From positions 744,001 to 808,000 of the forward strand of contig OX597824.1 in NCBI GenBank assembly GCA_951406725.2: a stretch of DNA of 64,000 bases, given 5' to 3'. The stretch is from Octopus vulgaris. Its lineage: Eukaryota. Both the position numbers and the translations under genes were made by a program. The notes under the pieces are model-generated. The model saw only the letters and a list, made by a program, of their open reading frames with translations. It ran no database searches and was not told where the DNA came from. Shown one piece after another: positions 12,127-27,039 of this stretch (its first letter is position 1; each line of letters starts with the position of its first letter).

Positions 12127-12455
12127 TGTGTTGGGGGTAGGGTCAATGTAATCGACTAAAGACCCGTGTAGCAACAGCTTGGTTGCATTACAAAATCTAA
12201 ATAGCATAATGAGAACAAATCCTGCGTATCATTCCATTCAGCGCTGTGTCGCTTTTTAGGCAATTCCTCGCCTTAATTCTATTTTTTGCAATAGAGTAGT
12301 GCTTACCTCAAGCAGTAGACAATAGCCATTAAAGCAAGGTCGTGGATTTTACTGTGGCAGACGATAGATGTGGGTCTCGCAATTGAACAACTGAACAACT
12401 GAACAGAATTTGTTAATCGTGGTCAAATGTTTGTGCTGCACATCATTGTACCGAA

Positions 12456-12665
12456 GGTGGCGAGCAAGCGGAGTCGTTACTGCGCCGGATAAAATGCTTA
12501 TCGGTATTTCTTTCGACTTTACGTTCTGACTGCTAATTCCATTCGGTTGAACTTCGTCTTTCATCCCTCGAAGTCGATAAAATAAGTACCTGCTGAGCAC
12601 TGAGGCCGATCAAATCGACTTACTCCTCCTCCAAAATTGCTGGCGTTGGCCCAAGATTTGAAACA
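12456..12665 (+). mobile_element. SINE family A
   Basis: GGCGAGC...AAATGCTTATCGGTATTTC...CTTTCATCCCTCGAAGTCGATAAAATAAGTACC. Confidence 0.7.
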
Positions 12666-14495
12666 ATAGAGGCACACGATGTGCTACGTGTCAGGTGTCT
12701 AAGTGATCGCAGAACAAGGTAAGGCGAAGTGTCTCGCACCGTCTGGTCCGGAAATCGAGACCACAATCTCGCGATCGTTCGGGTAACGTCCTAACCGCAC
12801 GCTCTCACAAAATGTAGGTTATATAAATAGGGCCTATGATACTATAAAACTTAAATCATTAAATCGATTTTGAAAATTTACAGCAGAGCAGTAGAATTGC
12901 AGCAGATAATCATTTCTGCTTCTTACGATACAGTTTTATGTGCCTCGTCACACAAACTTTCGAGTTTTATGGTGGCAGCCAATTTTACGATCGAATGAAG
13001 AAGACTATGTTTTCATTGGTTTTTCAGTTGCTGATGCTATTCGTTGGTCACAGCTCCTGACAAAATTGCTACCGTCCTTTTTTGTTCTTGGTACCAGTAG
13101 TAAGAGGTGGGGTTTAAACTCAGAACGTATAGAGCCGGATCAGATATCACAAGGCATCTCGTCCAACGCCCAAACGATTCCGTCAATCCACTGATAAAGT
13201 TGAAAGACAAAGTTCAGCTCGGAAGGATTGCAACTCGGAACGCACAAAACCGGATCAGATACACAGGATATTCTATCCGACGCTCCAATGACTCAGATAG
13301 TCAAACTTCATGAATCATGATTTATTTCTCGACCACGGAGGGATAAAAGACAAAGTTCATCTCAGTGGGATTTGAACTCAGGGAGCAGAGATCCAGTATT
13401 AACCATTCCACGTGTTTCATGAAACGCTCCAGCTATTCTATTAATTCACCGCCTTTACGGATGGATGAATTTTATGAATTGACTTTATTTCTAGCCGACA
13501 CGGATTGTGCCTAGTTTCCTTTGCATAGATAAATCTCTATTTCCTTCACTGTGAAATTAAGGCCCGTGATCAACATTTTAGCAGCTGGAAAAAGGATCGA
13601 ACCGATGCGTTTCATAACTCTCACTGTACTCTAGTTATTATTGTCCAACCGTTAAACTTGAGTACCATTCTGCGAGTGAACTTGTGTCAAGACATATTTA
13701 TTTGTCTAAAAAACGCCTGTTATCCGACCGTCAAGACTTTATCATTCCGTTTAAAAATTCCTATTGTTCGACCGTTAATTTGTACCATCGCTGGAATGAG
13801 TTTGTATGTAGATACATGCATATTTACATTTTGTTCGGCCTTTTGTTCGGCCTTCAGACTTGTTCCATTCTAATAATGAAACCGTGTCTGGGTAGCACTG
13901 TAGTACTTAAAGGCGTTTTGAAAAGCAGCAGCTATTATCGAAAGATTCGCGAGTGAATCCAGATGAATTAATCTCTCTACCAAACACCTACTGAATTACA
14001 TCATGTATACATTTATTCATTCATAAGTCATGCTGTTTTGATACTTTTAGTAATTATTGACACTAAGGCTAAAAGCTACGCAGCTAGAGGCAAATATGAC
14101 AAAAGGAAACACACACACATACACACTCTGAACGGCGATAATAATTGTTAAATTTAAAGTTAAAAATCAAATGATTTGATTAATTTATCAAGTACGGCAT
14201 ATATGAGATAAAAAGGAAAAGGAAAAGAACAAGACGGATAGAGCAAAACGAAAGTTAAAATGGCGAATTTCTATCGTTATCTCCGTTCCGACTTAGATAA
14301 GTTAAAGCTTGATTCGTATACAATATAATCTAAAATATAAATCTTTACTGTACAGAAGTGCATCTGTTTGGATTAATTTGAAATGCGATTGTAATTCGTT
14401 CTTCTTTCCGATAAAATATATATGTAGCAGAGAAAAGAAGCCTCTATGTGGTATTACGACTAGCAAGACAAAGCAGCCAAATGTCTCTGATAATG

Positions 14496-14534
<39 letters not shown>

Positions 14535-14875
14535 ATGTATATATATATAAACTTACTAGGAAATGGATGAGTGGCGTTCAATCAAAAAATTAAATTAAAT
14601 AAAATATACATATAGGCATATATACATACATATATGTACAGATACTGATAACGCCACGCATTCATTTCCAAGTAAGTTCATCTTAATAATTTTGATGCAA
14701 CTCTCCTCTGTACTCTTTTCTCTCTGTCTCTCCTCTTTCGTTCTTCTTTCTCTTACTTTCTCGAATTCTTTTTTTCTTCCCTTCACCGTTTCCTATCTGT
14801 ACCCCCTCTCTCTCCCTCTTCCCCTTTACTCTCTCGTTGTTCACACGTGACCATCCTCCTCCTTTTTTCCCACAA

Positions 14876-15290
14876 TTATTCATCTTTCTTTTCTTCCGGT
14901 CTGTTGCACAGATCAGACGTAATCTTGTCTGTCTCCTCTCCTATCTTTTCTCCTGTCCCCGAATGTTCCTCAGCGTTCGCCCCATCTAGCTTTGTAGCCC
15001 TCACTATTTGTTTCACTGTCCTGTTTTTGTTGCCAACTTTGACCCTCCGCAAAATCCCAAACTTTATTTTGGTTTGCGGGAGCAACTGTTTTCTCGAAGG
15101 CACATATTGTCACGAATTGCTCGAAATGTGAAGTAGATAAAGAGCCGACAACTGATGAAGGATTGTTCTTAAATGTTACTTGTCTTGTTTTCTTTTTGTT
15201 TCTCAGGTTGTTCGCGAACAAATGTTTGCTTCGTATTTCATGTTTTTCGTATTTCGGACTTCATGGTTTCATATTTTATGTTGTTTACAT
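14876..15290 (-). pseudogene. Possible L1/Tx1-type ORF1 relic
   Basis: [30 protein letters not shown] resembles the RRM of Tx1-like ORF1 and is followed by a K/E-rich region. Weak resemblance only. Confidence 0.3.
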
Positions 15291-15366
15291 TTTGTGACGT
15301 CATGTACCCATATACGCATATATATTTACACATTTATATGTATGTATATATGCCTATATATATATA

Positions 15367-15422
<56 letters not shown>

Positions 15423-15526
15423 GCATGTGTATATATATATGTGTATGTATATGTGTATATGTATATATGTATATATGTACGTATATATATGTATATATGT
15501 ATGTATATATATGTATATATATGTAT

Positions 15527-15560
<34 letters not shown>

Positions 15561-15562
15561 CG

Positions 15563-15900
15563 AGTGAGAGCGCAGAGCTTGATGGTTAAGGTGTTTTACT
15601 CGCGAGATTGAGATTTCAATTCCCGGACCGGGTGATGCGTTCTGTTCTTGAGCAAGACACTTCATTTCACGTGGCTCTCTGATCACTTCAACACCTGAAG
15701 CGTGGCACACCTGTGCACCTGTTCAGACGACGTCGATCTGATGGAGGGAGAGTGAGCCATTGGGCAGCGAAACGTTAGCACAGACTTCCTATCCCTATAG
15801 GACCACAAAGATGGCTTCTAGTCTCTAACGATGCTCGTTATGTTCCTCCTCTTCGTGTCTAGCTGACGAGCAGGTGTATCACATACAGCCTAGGTTCACG
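15563..15900 (+). mobile_element. tRNA-derived SINE family C
   Basis: Head GATGGTTAAGG...TTCAATTCCCGGACCGGG followed by TGTTCTTGAGCAAGACACTTCATTTCAC. Related to 23205-23450, 31285-31400 and 44345-44582. Confidence 0.7.
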
Positions 15901-15914
15901 ATTTCGTCCCGTAG

Positions 15915-15977
<63 letters not shown>

Positions 15978-16379
15978 AATATGTTAGATATTAACAGAAT
16001 CTCTTCAGTTTCGTTCCATAGTTATAGTGTTACATACATTGATGGTAATATAATGATATTATTAAGGCTTCCGTACAGTTTCCGCTCCTAAATTCTATTC
16101 ACAAGATACAGGCTAATTAAAGAATATGAAAAGGAAACACTGGCTCAAGGCACCAAGCCTTGGGATCGAACAGAGAACTAACCAAAACAACGTTCGTAGC
16201 CATGCCTACGTGTTATGTTGATGTTGTAGAAAATTTCTTGGTATTTTTGTTGTTTCGTTTCCCCTCGCAAAATGACGATGGCACCTAAAACCAGTTACGG
16301 CCAACCACTCATCTAATCTTTGCATTTGTTCGCAAATCTTGAGTTTCGCATAAATACACTTTTATTGAACAATTGAACT

Positions 16380-16416
<37 letters not shown>

Positions 16417-16555
16417 CACACACATACACACATATTTGTTCATAGTACTCCCACAAGCATAAACACATGGTCACACACGCGCGCACACACACTAGCATAC
16501 GCATATACATGCCTACACACACGTACACACATACTCACAAGTATGGATACATATT

Positions 16556-16605
<50 letters not shown>

Positions 16606-16675
16606 CATATATATTTATACATATATACTCATTCACACAAATACTTAAAATGTTGATTTATTTCATAGGTAAGTT

Positions 16676-16716
<41 letters not shown>

Positions 16717-16749
16717 ATTTATACGAATGTATGTGTGTGTATATATGTA

Positions 16750-16794
<45 letters not shown>

Positions 16795-17374
16795 AGTGTA
16801 TATCTCCATAGAAATATGTATATATATATATTATGTATATACGTATATATAAATCTATATGTATATGTGTGTATATACACCACCCACACACACACACACA
16901 CATACGAGCTCACCACACTTTTCGAGTAAATCAATATATCAGGTTGGCATATAAGCGACTGCCTCGGTAATGTCATAGTTGACATAAAGTGTTGTTGTGT
17001 TGCGTCATGTCTTTAATTGTTCTGCGTTGGACGTACAACACTGTGTGACATTTTGCAACATAATGTTTCAAGGAACAGATTATATTCATAGTATTTTATT
17101 CGTCGCTCGACTTAAACTTTCCTCCTTCGTGGGTCGATAAATAATAAAATATGAATCAGTCGAGTGCTAAGAGAAATTTCTATTGACAATAACTTACACT
17201 GCTTCTCCAAAATGTAGGGGTCTTGAACTAACGTTATGTAAGAAGCCATAATTTGTGCCATGTCGGGGCCGATGAGATCAAATACGACTCAAATACTAAT
17301 GGCTAAATTAGCTAATTTCCTCTTTCCCCACTAAGTATCAGGTCTCGTGCCTGTAAACTAGAGACCATTCTTAG

Positions 17375-18430
17375 TGTGGCGATCTGGAAGAATCCTTAGA
17401 ACACCAGAAGACATGCTTTGTGGCATGTCATCCGGCCGAGGTCAACATTTCTTTCCATATTTACGAGGTCAATAAAATGAAGCACCCCTCAAACAGCGGG
17501 GTGGATGGTGTCGCCTAACAGCCTGCTCTATTTCTCTTTCTTTTTACTCTCTTTTACTCGTTTCAGTCATTTGACTGCGGCCATGCTGGAGCACCGTCTT
17601 TAATCGAGCAAATCGACCCCAGGACTTATTCTTTGTAAGCCTAGTACTTATTCTATCGGTCTCTTTTGCTGAACCGCTAAGGTACTGCCCTCAAACTTAC
17701 TGGATTTGTGCCTCAACCAGGAATCATTTAAAGGCAGTGCAAATGGCAGAGACACTGGAGCGACAAAAGGAATGCTTCTATTATAAGGATCTAGTGTGCG
17801 ATGCCCAAAACTCTTTAAATTCTGAGTTCAAATCCCGCCGAATTCAACTTAAAATAAATTAGAGTATCAATCAAGAACTGAGGTCAAGTTAATCGAATTG
17901 ACCCCCGTCCCCTCTAAATTGCTGGACTTGTTCAGGTTTATATATATACGGCTCGCGGGTACAATTGTTAGCGCATCGAACGAAATGCTTGGTGGAATTT
18001 CGTTCGGTTCTTCAAGATGTGAGTTCAAATTCCGTCGAGGTAACTTAGCCTCTTAGCCTTTTAGTCTTTAGGGGTTGATAAAATGAGGTATTAGTTGAAT
18101 ACTGTAGTCAATAAAACTGACTAAACCTTTTCTCTCTAAAATATCTGGCCTTGTTCTAAAATCTGAAGCTCTTCTTCTTCTTCTTCTTCTTCTTCTTCTT
18201 CTTCTTCTTCTTCTTCACCTCACTTCCTCACCTAAAACATCGTTACTTCCACCTTATTGACTGCCCCCCTCCCCGATTGACAACCGTTGTTGGTTTGTTT
18301 ACACCCTCATAACTTAGCGGTTCGGCAAAAGAGAACGATAAAGTACAGGCTTAAAAAAAGTACTGGAGTCGATTTGTTCGACTAAAAGATTCTTCAAGGT
18401 CGCAATCCAATGATTGAAGCAAATAAAAGA
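17375..18430. mobile_element. Cluster of family A and B SINE fragments
   Basis: Three degenerate family A units on plus, a family B 3' part on minus (17535-17680) and one on plus (18270-18430). Confidence 0.65.
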
Positions 18431-19082
18431 TATATGACAAGAAATATATTTCTTTTGTCTCGGGAATTCTCTGTAAAATTAAGCTACACTGATGATGCCG
18501 ACATAGGTTGAAACGAATGTTTGTGAATGAATAAAGAATTAAATAAAGTCTCGACATTATTTTCTACTTTTTCATTTTTTTCAAATTTTTATTTATAAAG
18601 GTTAGCTTTGAAGCTTCAAAAAAAGATTTACTTCACTTTACCTGAAAAAAGATAAAGGAAAAAAACCCCTCAGATGTATTGAAAATACAAGAAATTCAAC
18701 TTCGATCTCAAATTTTCTTTTTTAAACCCGAAAATGTCTTGCAGATATCTTTATCACAAACAACTAGTTTTAGAGATAAGAAAGATTCTAAATTCTTTAG
18801 AACACCTGAAAACGAGAATATCCTGGTGAACTACCCTGCTTTTGGGCAATAAGAAATAAATTAAGCTTATTATTGTTATTCATAGTCTTTCTTCGTTTTC
18901 ATCACCGTTCGATCTGATTTTTCTTTCTTCGTCTTCCTCACTGTTCGATCTGATTTCTCTTTCTTCAACTACGCAACTTAAAATGTAAATAACACAAACA
19001 CAGACTGCACATAATTTGATTTCTCTTCTCAGTTGATCAATAGTGATAGACAAAAATATGGTGTATGTATATAATAATAATA

Positions 19083-19627
19083 GTCCTTTCTATTTTAGGC
19101 TCAAGGCCTGAAAATTTACGGGTGTGGGATAATCGATTAGTTGACCCCACAGTGCCCAACCGGTACCTATTATGACCCTCAAAAGAATGAAAGTCAGAGT
19201 CGACCTCGGAGGAATTTGAAATCAGCGTAAAGACGGACAAAATGCGTAGCAGCATTTTGTCCGGATTACTATCTTTTCAGCTCGCCGCTTTATAATAGTG
19301 GCATCTTAGGTATAACCTCGGGACGACCAAAGCCTTGTGAGTGAATCTGGTAGACGGAAACTGAAAGAAGCTTGTCGTATACACATATATGTTTGTGTAT
19401 GTGTGTGCTTGTGAGTTTGTGTGAGTGTGTCAGTGTGTCTGTATTTGTTTCCCGCCACTGCTTGTCATCCGGCATTGGTGTGTTTATGTCCCTATATCTT
19501 AGCGGTTCCGCAAAAGAAACCGATCGGACAAGTACCAGGCTTAAAAACAAAACATGTTCTGGGGTTGGTCCATTCGACTAAAAATTCTTCATGGCAGTTC
19601 CTCAGCATGAAACAAGTAAAAGATAAA
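19083..19627. mobile_element. Family A SINE (19083-19290 minus) next to family B SINE (19310-19627 plus)
   Basis: Diagnostic cores of both families are present. Confidence 0.75.
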
Positions 19628-19745
19628 ACACACACACACACATGCATACACACGTGTGTGTGCATGTGTGTGTACATAATAATTATATATATACATACAC
19701 ATATATAATTAATATTTTTATTCTGTATAATAACAATATTAATAA

Positions 19746-19860
19746 TTAGGGACAGCTAGGGGACTTAGGAGGGTTTTTAAGGGCATCTAAGGCAACTTGT
19801 TGTAGCCCGATGTTAGGATTCTTTTCTTTTCCAACAGCCGAATCTGTTGAGTGTATATGA

Positions 19861-19924
<64 letters not shown>

Positions 19925-20502
19925 GGAAATATATAAGAAATGGAGGCACGGCCAGGCTGTAAAAGTTTTACAGTGGAAACTGTGCCAGAAATGGGGATTT
20001 GAAGCTGGAAACACATGGTAGAATCCTTGAGTCGAAAGAGTTCTGGAATCGGAGAAATGTGAGATTTTGTGGGACTTTCCAATTCAAACGGACAAGAAAT
20101 TAGAAAGTAAGAAACCGGATAAAACGATTATAGATAAGGAATAGGGAAGTTGCTTACTTACCGATCCATCATGTCCGTTTGATTCTAGGATCGTAAACAA
20201 GGAGGCGGAAGAAAAAAACAAACAAACAAAATCCCTTAAATTTTAAAATATGAAGAATTTAGAGTCTGCGAACAGTAAAGGTCGCACCTGTAATAATTGG
20301 TGTATAAGCAAAGGTATAGAGAAATGGCTGAAGGAGGTTGGAATAGAATGCCCGGTAGAGCTCCTACAGAAAGTTTCTCTCTTGGGGACAGCGAGGATTA
20401 TCAGGATGGTTCTAAGCACTTAAAAGACAAGTAGTAACCCGATACTAACATAAACCCTACCAGGAATGAGACTGGACCTGAGTAAAACCCAAAATAATAA
20501 TA
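19746..20502 (+). mobile_element. Two tandem 3' fragments of R4/Dong-like RLE LINEs separated by (TAA)n
   Basis: 19746-19860 reads LGTAR.LRRV. 19925-20423 reads WRHGQAVKVLQWKLC...ILWDFPIQTDKKLESKKPD...VAPVIIG...LLQKVSLLGTARIIRMVLST*, a restriction-like endonuclease domain. Confidence 0.85.
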
Positions 20503-20865
20503 AAAATCTCCCCTACATTTCCTTATAAATATCGGGTGCACTGACGTTGACCTCATGGATCGAAACGTAACAAAGAAGATCACTAAAAGATTAAGCTATT
20601 CAATCGATTACTCTTGACTATATGTACATGGTTTTCAAACTTTATATAGGAAGATTGCTTTAGGGAATATTAAGAAAAAAACTGTTGGACTTTTGGATTT
20701 TACTCAAAGAGTATTGGAATAATACACATATATACCATTATGCCTATAAAGCAGATTTATGAACTCAATAACCATACACATCTTACATCTATTTTCTTTC
20801 CTCCACCTCACTCTCTATTTATATCACATCGAAACTAACTATGACTTAACGCTTCCTCTCTCACC

Positions 20866-20917
20866 GTCTCCGATGAAGGGATATAATTAATAAATATCCT
20901 AGAAACAGCTGTAAGAC
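20866..20917 (+). ncRNA. Minimal type I hammerhead ribozyme candidate in a Penelope-like 3' remnant
   Basis: Stem I GTCT/AGAC; core CCGATGA; stem II GGGATAT/ATATCCT; GAAAC; palindromic stem III ACAGCTGT; GUA triplet. (TA)n follows about 70 bp later. Confidence 0.7.
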
Positions 20918-21759
20918 ATGCTATCTATAAATGATCTAATATCTATACAGCCTTGGTTTTTTATCTCATTACAAAAAAAATTCATATATATATATAAATA
21001 GGGAAATTTGAAAAAGGAGACAAACGCTCAGAATGTTATTAAAACATTTATATCTTCTTATCTTCTACATATGTTTCGATAGATGCATTCAAAATACGTT
21101 CGACAGGAAGAATTATCGTCAGCTATGCATCAATATTATCAGGAAAGATATAAACAAAAACACCCATCAAATAGACATTTTTACAGATATAGGAAGCCCT
21201 AGAAAATGTGACGTATTTATATGCATATGCACGCACACGTACACACACGCATATATGCAACATGCTCATAAACACACACACACACACATATATACAAATA
21301 TATATACATACACATACATATATATATCCATATTTATATTTGTACCAACACGAACATGTATGCAAACATATATACACTCACACATATATACGTACATACA
21401 CTCATACATATACTCACCGCACATACATAAATACATACGTATACGTTAATAGACGTTTACGACCATCTACTTATACGCATAAACACTCGTTCACATACAC
21501 TTCCCAAAACATATTTAGACCCAAACACATACTTACATACACAGATACACATTTACTTTAGCACATATACACGTTTGTATGCAAACATAGCATACACACA
21601 TACAAGAGTAAAACCAGATATATACGCATGTACTAATATGGAAAGCCAAGTAGTGAGGGAACGCTGAAAGTTTAAGTGTCGTTAAGGAAATATACTTCAT
21701 AGCGTGAGAGAAGGGAAAATGCATAAAAAGATGGGGAGGCATACTTAGCAAAAAGACTC

Positions 21760-22045
21760 TCGCTAATTACTTTCCCACATTAACGGAAATAATTAAACTT
21801 CGTCTTTGGTCCAACTATTTCCAAGTTGTGGACTGGTTCAACTCTATCGATAATAAACTAAACACTAAATTTATCCAGTTCGACGTCTGTGGCTATTATT
21901 CCTCAATCAATCCTATCATCCTTAATACAGCTCTAAGGTTCGCACCTTAGTAAGGCCAGCCTAACCCTTGACGAAATTAATGTTGTCCCAGCGTCAAGAC
22001 AATCTATCATCCAATTTGATGATGAACTATCGATCCGTTTTTCAG
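21760..22045 (+). pseudogene. Penelope-like (Naiad/Nematis-type) RT fragment
   Basis: Hand translation LWSNYFQVVDWFNSIDNKLNTKFIQFDVCGYYSSINPIILNTALRFA matches the W.N...VI.WF..I.NK....FIQFDI..FYPSI...L..AL.FA motif. Stop codons follow. Confidence 0.75.
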
Positions 22046-22447
22046 TAGTTTTGCAAACACACGAAGACAAGCGACTACAATGCTTTGCCTTCGCTTTCGC
22101 GCGCAGGTTAACAACACTTAGTCTAGCTGTGGAAACTAAATGGAATGTCGTGGTTTTGAACCTACACAGAACTTCTTCACTATCAGTCCACTTAACTCAC
22201 GTGCGTTTTTCATTCATGCGACACACATTACAAAAACAATTAAATACATTATGATAACATCGCTTTATTGATAAGTGACCGAAATTAATTAGGCGTTAAG
22301 TTACACATCATATTACATAATTCAATTCCTATATGTAAATTTATTAATCTTACTGTAGCGGTTGTTTCAAGTTAAAAACCCTTCGTGTTCGACATGGTCG
22401 ACTCTTGGATGCCTCGTATTATTTGACATCTCTTTCACAACAGCAGG

Positions 22448-22507
<60 letters not shown>

Positions 22508-23204
22508 TCTTTCTCATTCTGTGTTTATTTTCCCATTCACTTCGTTCCGCCATATTTCTCTTTACTCTCACGACTTCTCTCTTATTCTCTTGCTTCCCCT
22601 CTGTCTCTGCTAATAACGTTCTCTATTTATAGCATTGTCTGTGTGTACAGTGTAAAATATACAATCTCGCATACAAGTATAGACAGAGTGCTATGGAGAT
22701 ATTTGACGATCCATTCACCATAATCTTTGTATTAGACTTAGCAGTGCAGTTTAGAAAAGATGTGAGCAATAGGTCAGGGAACAGAAACAGCTTCTCACAA
22801 ACTGATGTCAGTAATTCTAAGACAAATTATGACCTGTCTCCATAGAAATAAATCTGGTAATTCATACATCTGTTCATTTCAGTTCATTCCCTCAAACCAA
22901 CAGGGGGACACTTCTATGGGGTTGCCTAGACTGAAGGAAACACTGGTCAAATCTCCTTCAAATCATATAACACAGTGTCTCAAGAAAAAAAAAATAAATG
23001 AAGGCACATTGGATGATGTAGTCGCGGGTGGATTATGACAGAAAGAAATTGATAGCCACAGAAGCGAAGCCTTTGATCATGGGTCTACAGGATCAAAGAT
23101 GGCCTGGGATTAAACAAGAGACATTTCATAAGTTAATGGCCTCCTTCCATCGCATGCATATATACACTCATATAAAATCATGTATACACTCATATAAAAT
23201 AAAA

Positions 23205-23448
23205 TGTTTCCTCCTCGAGCCATGCCAGTCTCATGAGGGTCGGTTTGCCGATTTCATGGTGTATATATTCCCCACCTGGATGAGACGCCGATCCATCACA
23301 GGGTTACTCCTGTTTGCCAGCTGAGTGGACTGGGGCAAAGTGAAATGGATTGTTTTGCTCAAGAACACAACGCGTCGCCCGGTCCAGGAATGGAAACCAC
23401 AATCGTACGTCCATGAGTCCAGCACCGTAACCACTAATCCACGCGCCT

Positions 23449-23511
<63 letters not shown>

Positions 23512-23731
23512 CGCGCATTCTTTTATTCTTTTACTTGTTTCAGTCATTTGAATGCGGCCATGTTGGGGCGCCGCCTTTAGTCGAACAAATCGCCCCCAGG
23601 ACTTGTTCTTTGTAAGCCTAGTACTTATTCTATCGGTCTCTTTTGCTGAACTGCTACGTTTCAAGGACATAAACACCCCAACATCAGTTGTCAAGTGATG
23701 GTGGGGGACAAACACAGACACACACACATAC

Positions 23732-23777
<46 letters not shown>

Positions 23778-23900
23778 GGGCTTCTTTTAGTTTCCGTCTA
23801 CCAAATCCACTCACAAGGCTTTGATCGGCCTGAGGCTATAGTGGAAGACTCCTGCTCAAGGTGCCACGCAGTGGGACTGAACCCGGAACCACACAGCCTC
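23205..23900 (-). mobile_element. Family C SINE (23205-23450) and family B SINE (23518-23900)
   Basis: Reverse complements of the tRNA-like heads and family cores, separated by (CA)n. Confidence 0.8.
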
Positions 23901-24354
23901 ACCTATACCTATACACACACATAATTGAAAATGAGGGCTGCTGTGGGCGGTTAAATGTCACTGGAGCCTGCAGTGATAGCATCACGTTGATGCCTGCAGG
24001 ACACGTCTGCTGACACGCGTCTGCCATGAATATATTCAATGGCCGCAATACTGCGCTGGAGATGCAATGTTATGGATGTGATGACGTTAGAGTTCAATAA
24101 AGGCGACAGAAAGCAGTGTAGCAACGTCTTTATTGGATATTGCAGATAGGATTTACTCGTGTGAAATCATATTGAGATGATTGGATTGAGTTGCGTAGGA
24201 AGAATATTTTGGTAGTTGCAGGTAGCTTCATGTTATACTTTAGCAAGATTTGAGAAGAAGGCTTATCTTTGGGTCATACAGTATAACAGGAAATAGCATA
24301 ATGTTCTGCAACATATACACGTGTGTGCGTGTGTTTGCGATGTATATATGTGAA

Positions 24355-24642
<288 letters not shown>

Positions 24643-24914
24643 CATGCACACACGCATACAAACGTGCACGCACACACACACACATATACATATATATTTA
24701 TATATGTACATAATCATAGGTTTGCATATATGCTTATACATTCATATACATATATAGATATATATCTTTCATCTTTTACTTGTTTCAGTCATTAGACTGC
24801 GGCCATGCTGGGGCATCGGCTTGGAGTTTTAGTCGAATGAATGGTACTTATTCCATCAGTCTCTTTTGCCGTACCGCTAGGTGGCGGTTGGGAAGTAAGA
24901 TTCTTACCACACAA

Positions 24915-26597
24915 CCACGCATTAACTAATTTTTCAAGGGGAACCGCGAAATTGACCAGCTTTTTGGGAAAAGTAATGCGAGTGTGGAGAGTGGAATTGA
25001 CATGCGCAAATGAATCGTTAGGAAACGTGAAACACGCAGGCAGATCTTCCAGGAAGATTCGCTATCGCCACTACTCTTCATCATTGCTTTAATCTCTCTG
25101 ACAAGTGGACTGAGAAAATTCAATCTAGCCTATGAGTTTACAGAAACCGACGTGAGAATGAATTACCTGCTTTATATGGATAATCTCAAACTTTATGCAA
25201 AAATGAAAAAGAGCTGGATTCTCTGATCCAAACAGCAAGATTATTCAGCAAGGATAATAAGTGGCAGTTTCGGGTAAATAAAGGTGGAGTGGAAATTACG
25301 AAGAAAGGCCGGAAGAAAGGCGTAAAATTACCACGAAAGAACATTAGATCGCTGTAGAATAATGAGGGACAAAAATACCTGGGTGTGCCGCAAGACGATC
25401 TGTCAATGGAAGATGAAAAGAAAGAAAATCTCTAAACAGTGCAAGAGGTGAATTAAGAAGGTTCTGGAAACAATGAAATGGGGGGAACATTATTAAGGCA
25501 ATAGATACACGAGTTATGCCAGTATTGAGACACTCTGCCCCATTTCTAAAATAGACAAATGTCGAGCTACCGAACTTGGATGGAAGAACTAGGAAGCTGC
25601 TCACAGTGCATAATGCTTGCCGCCCTAAATGTAATATCGACAGATTATATATACGAAGAAAGGAAGGTGGTAGAGGCAGAAGACATCGTAAATACTGCGA
25701 TATTGGGACTGAAAACTTATGTTGTGACTGTGTGAAGAAAGAATAATATCAGTAGGTTGAGGTCCCACGAAAGTTACTGAAACAGTAGGAAAATTCAAGA
25801 ACTGAAGGAAGAACAACAAATGGAAAGAAATGTAATTTCATGGGCAAATCATGCAACAATTAATGATATTAGAAGTAAGAACTTTGGTTAAAGACGAAAA
25901 CCTGATACGGGAGACTGAAACACCGTGGAACAAGCCATTTGGACGACTCTGATAAACGCAAATACCAACAAAATTCAGTCCAACAGCAAATGTAGAATCT
26001 GCAGGAAAGGAAGCGAAAGCATCAATCATGTCTTGAGTGATTGCAGCAAGTTAGCAGAAAAAGAGTATAAGCGCAGACATGACTATGTAGGTAAAAGAGT
26101 GCATTGGGATGTTTGCCTAGTACATGGTTTTGAAATAACAAGAAAGTAGTATGAACAGAGGCTGTGATAGAGAATAAGACTTTTAGGATTTTATGGGACT
26201 TCCCCATGAAGACTGACTATGCTGTTAAAGTAAGAAGACCACATATAAATATAGAGGACAAAATAATCAAACAGCGTTCGGTCATTCCCTATGAAGAAAG
26301 ATCCGATACCAGAGAAACTGGAAAGAATTGAGAAATATCAGGATCTGTCCAGAGAAGAGGAAGTGGGAGGCTAAAATAAGAACTGCTCCTTTAGTAACTG
26401 GTGTATTTGGTACAACACTCGAAATGCTGCATAAAAGACTAAAAGATATTGCAACTGAGACTCGCATTGTCGACTTGCTTAAAAGTACCACCTTGTATTT
26501 TGTAATAATCCTAAGAAAGATTCTTGAGAATTGAGGAGGCTTGTTGTCACCAAGCCTCATGATAACATTCCTGTTAATCAAATTAGCATGTTATAGC

Positions 26598-26650
<53 letters not shown>
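24915..26650 (+). mobile_element. 5'-truncated, degenerate R4/Dong-like non-LTR retrotransposon (RT + CCHC + RLE) with (TAA)n tail
   Basis: IFQEDSLSPLLFIIAL, NYLLYMDNLKLYAK, CRICRKGSESINHVLSDCSKLAEKEYKRRHD, ILWDFPMKTD and PLVTGVFGT, with many frameshifts. (TAA)n starts at about 26600. Confidence 0.9.
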
Positions 26651-26738
26651 CGTTTCTACTATAGGCACAAGGCCTGAAACTTTGGGGGAGGTGGCTAGCC
26701 AATCACGATAATATCGGTAGTGTAATGAAAGCACGTTA

Positions 26739-27000
26739 TAATAATAATAATAATGATGATAATAATAATAATGATAATAATAATAATGATAATAATAATA
26801 ATGATAATAATGATACTAATAATAATAATAATAATAATGATGATGATGATGATAATAATGATAATAATAATAATGATGATAATAATAATAATGATGATAA
26901 TAATAATAATGATAATAATAATAATAATGATAATAATGATACTAATAATAATAATAATAATAATAATGATGATGATAATAATGATGATGATAATAATAAC

Positions 27001-27037
<37 letters not shown>
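26739..27037. repeat. Compound (AAT)n/(GAT)n microsatellite
   Basis: Seen directly; it explains the poly-I/N/L ORFs. Confidence 0.95.

Positions 27038-27039
<2 letters not shown>

Noticed and set aside
23935-24300. CR1/L2-type LINE 3' relic on the minus strand
   Set aside because: Peptide resemblance is too degraded to support without a profile search.
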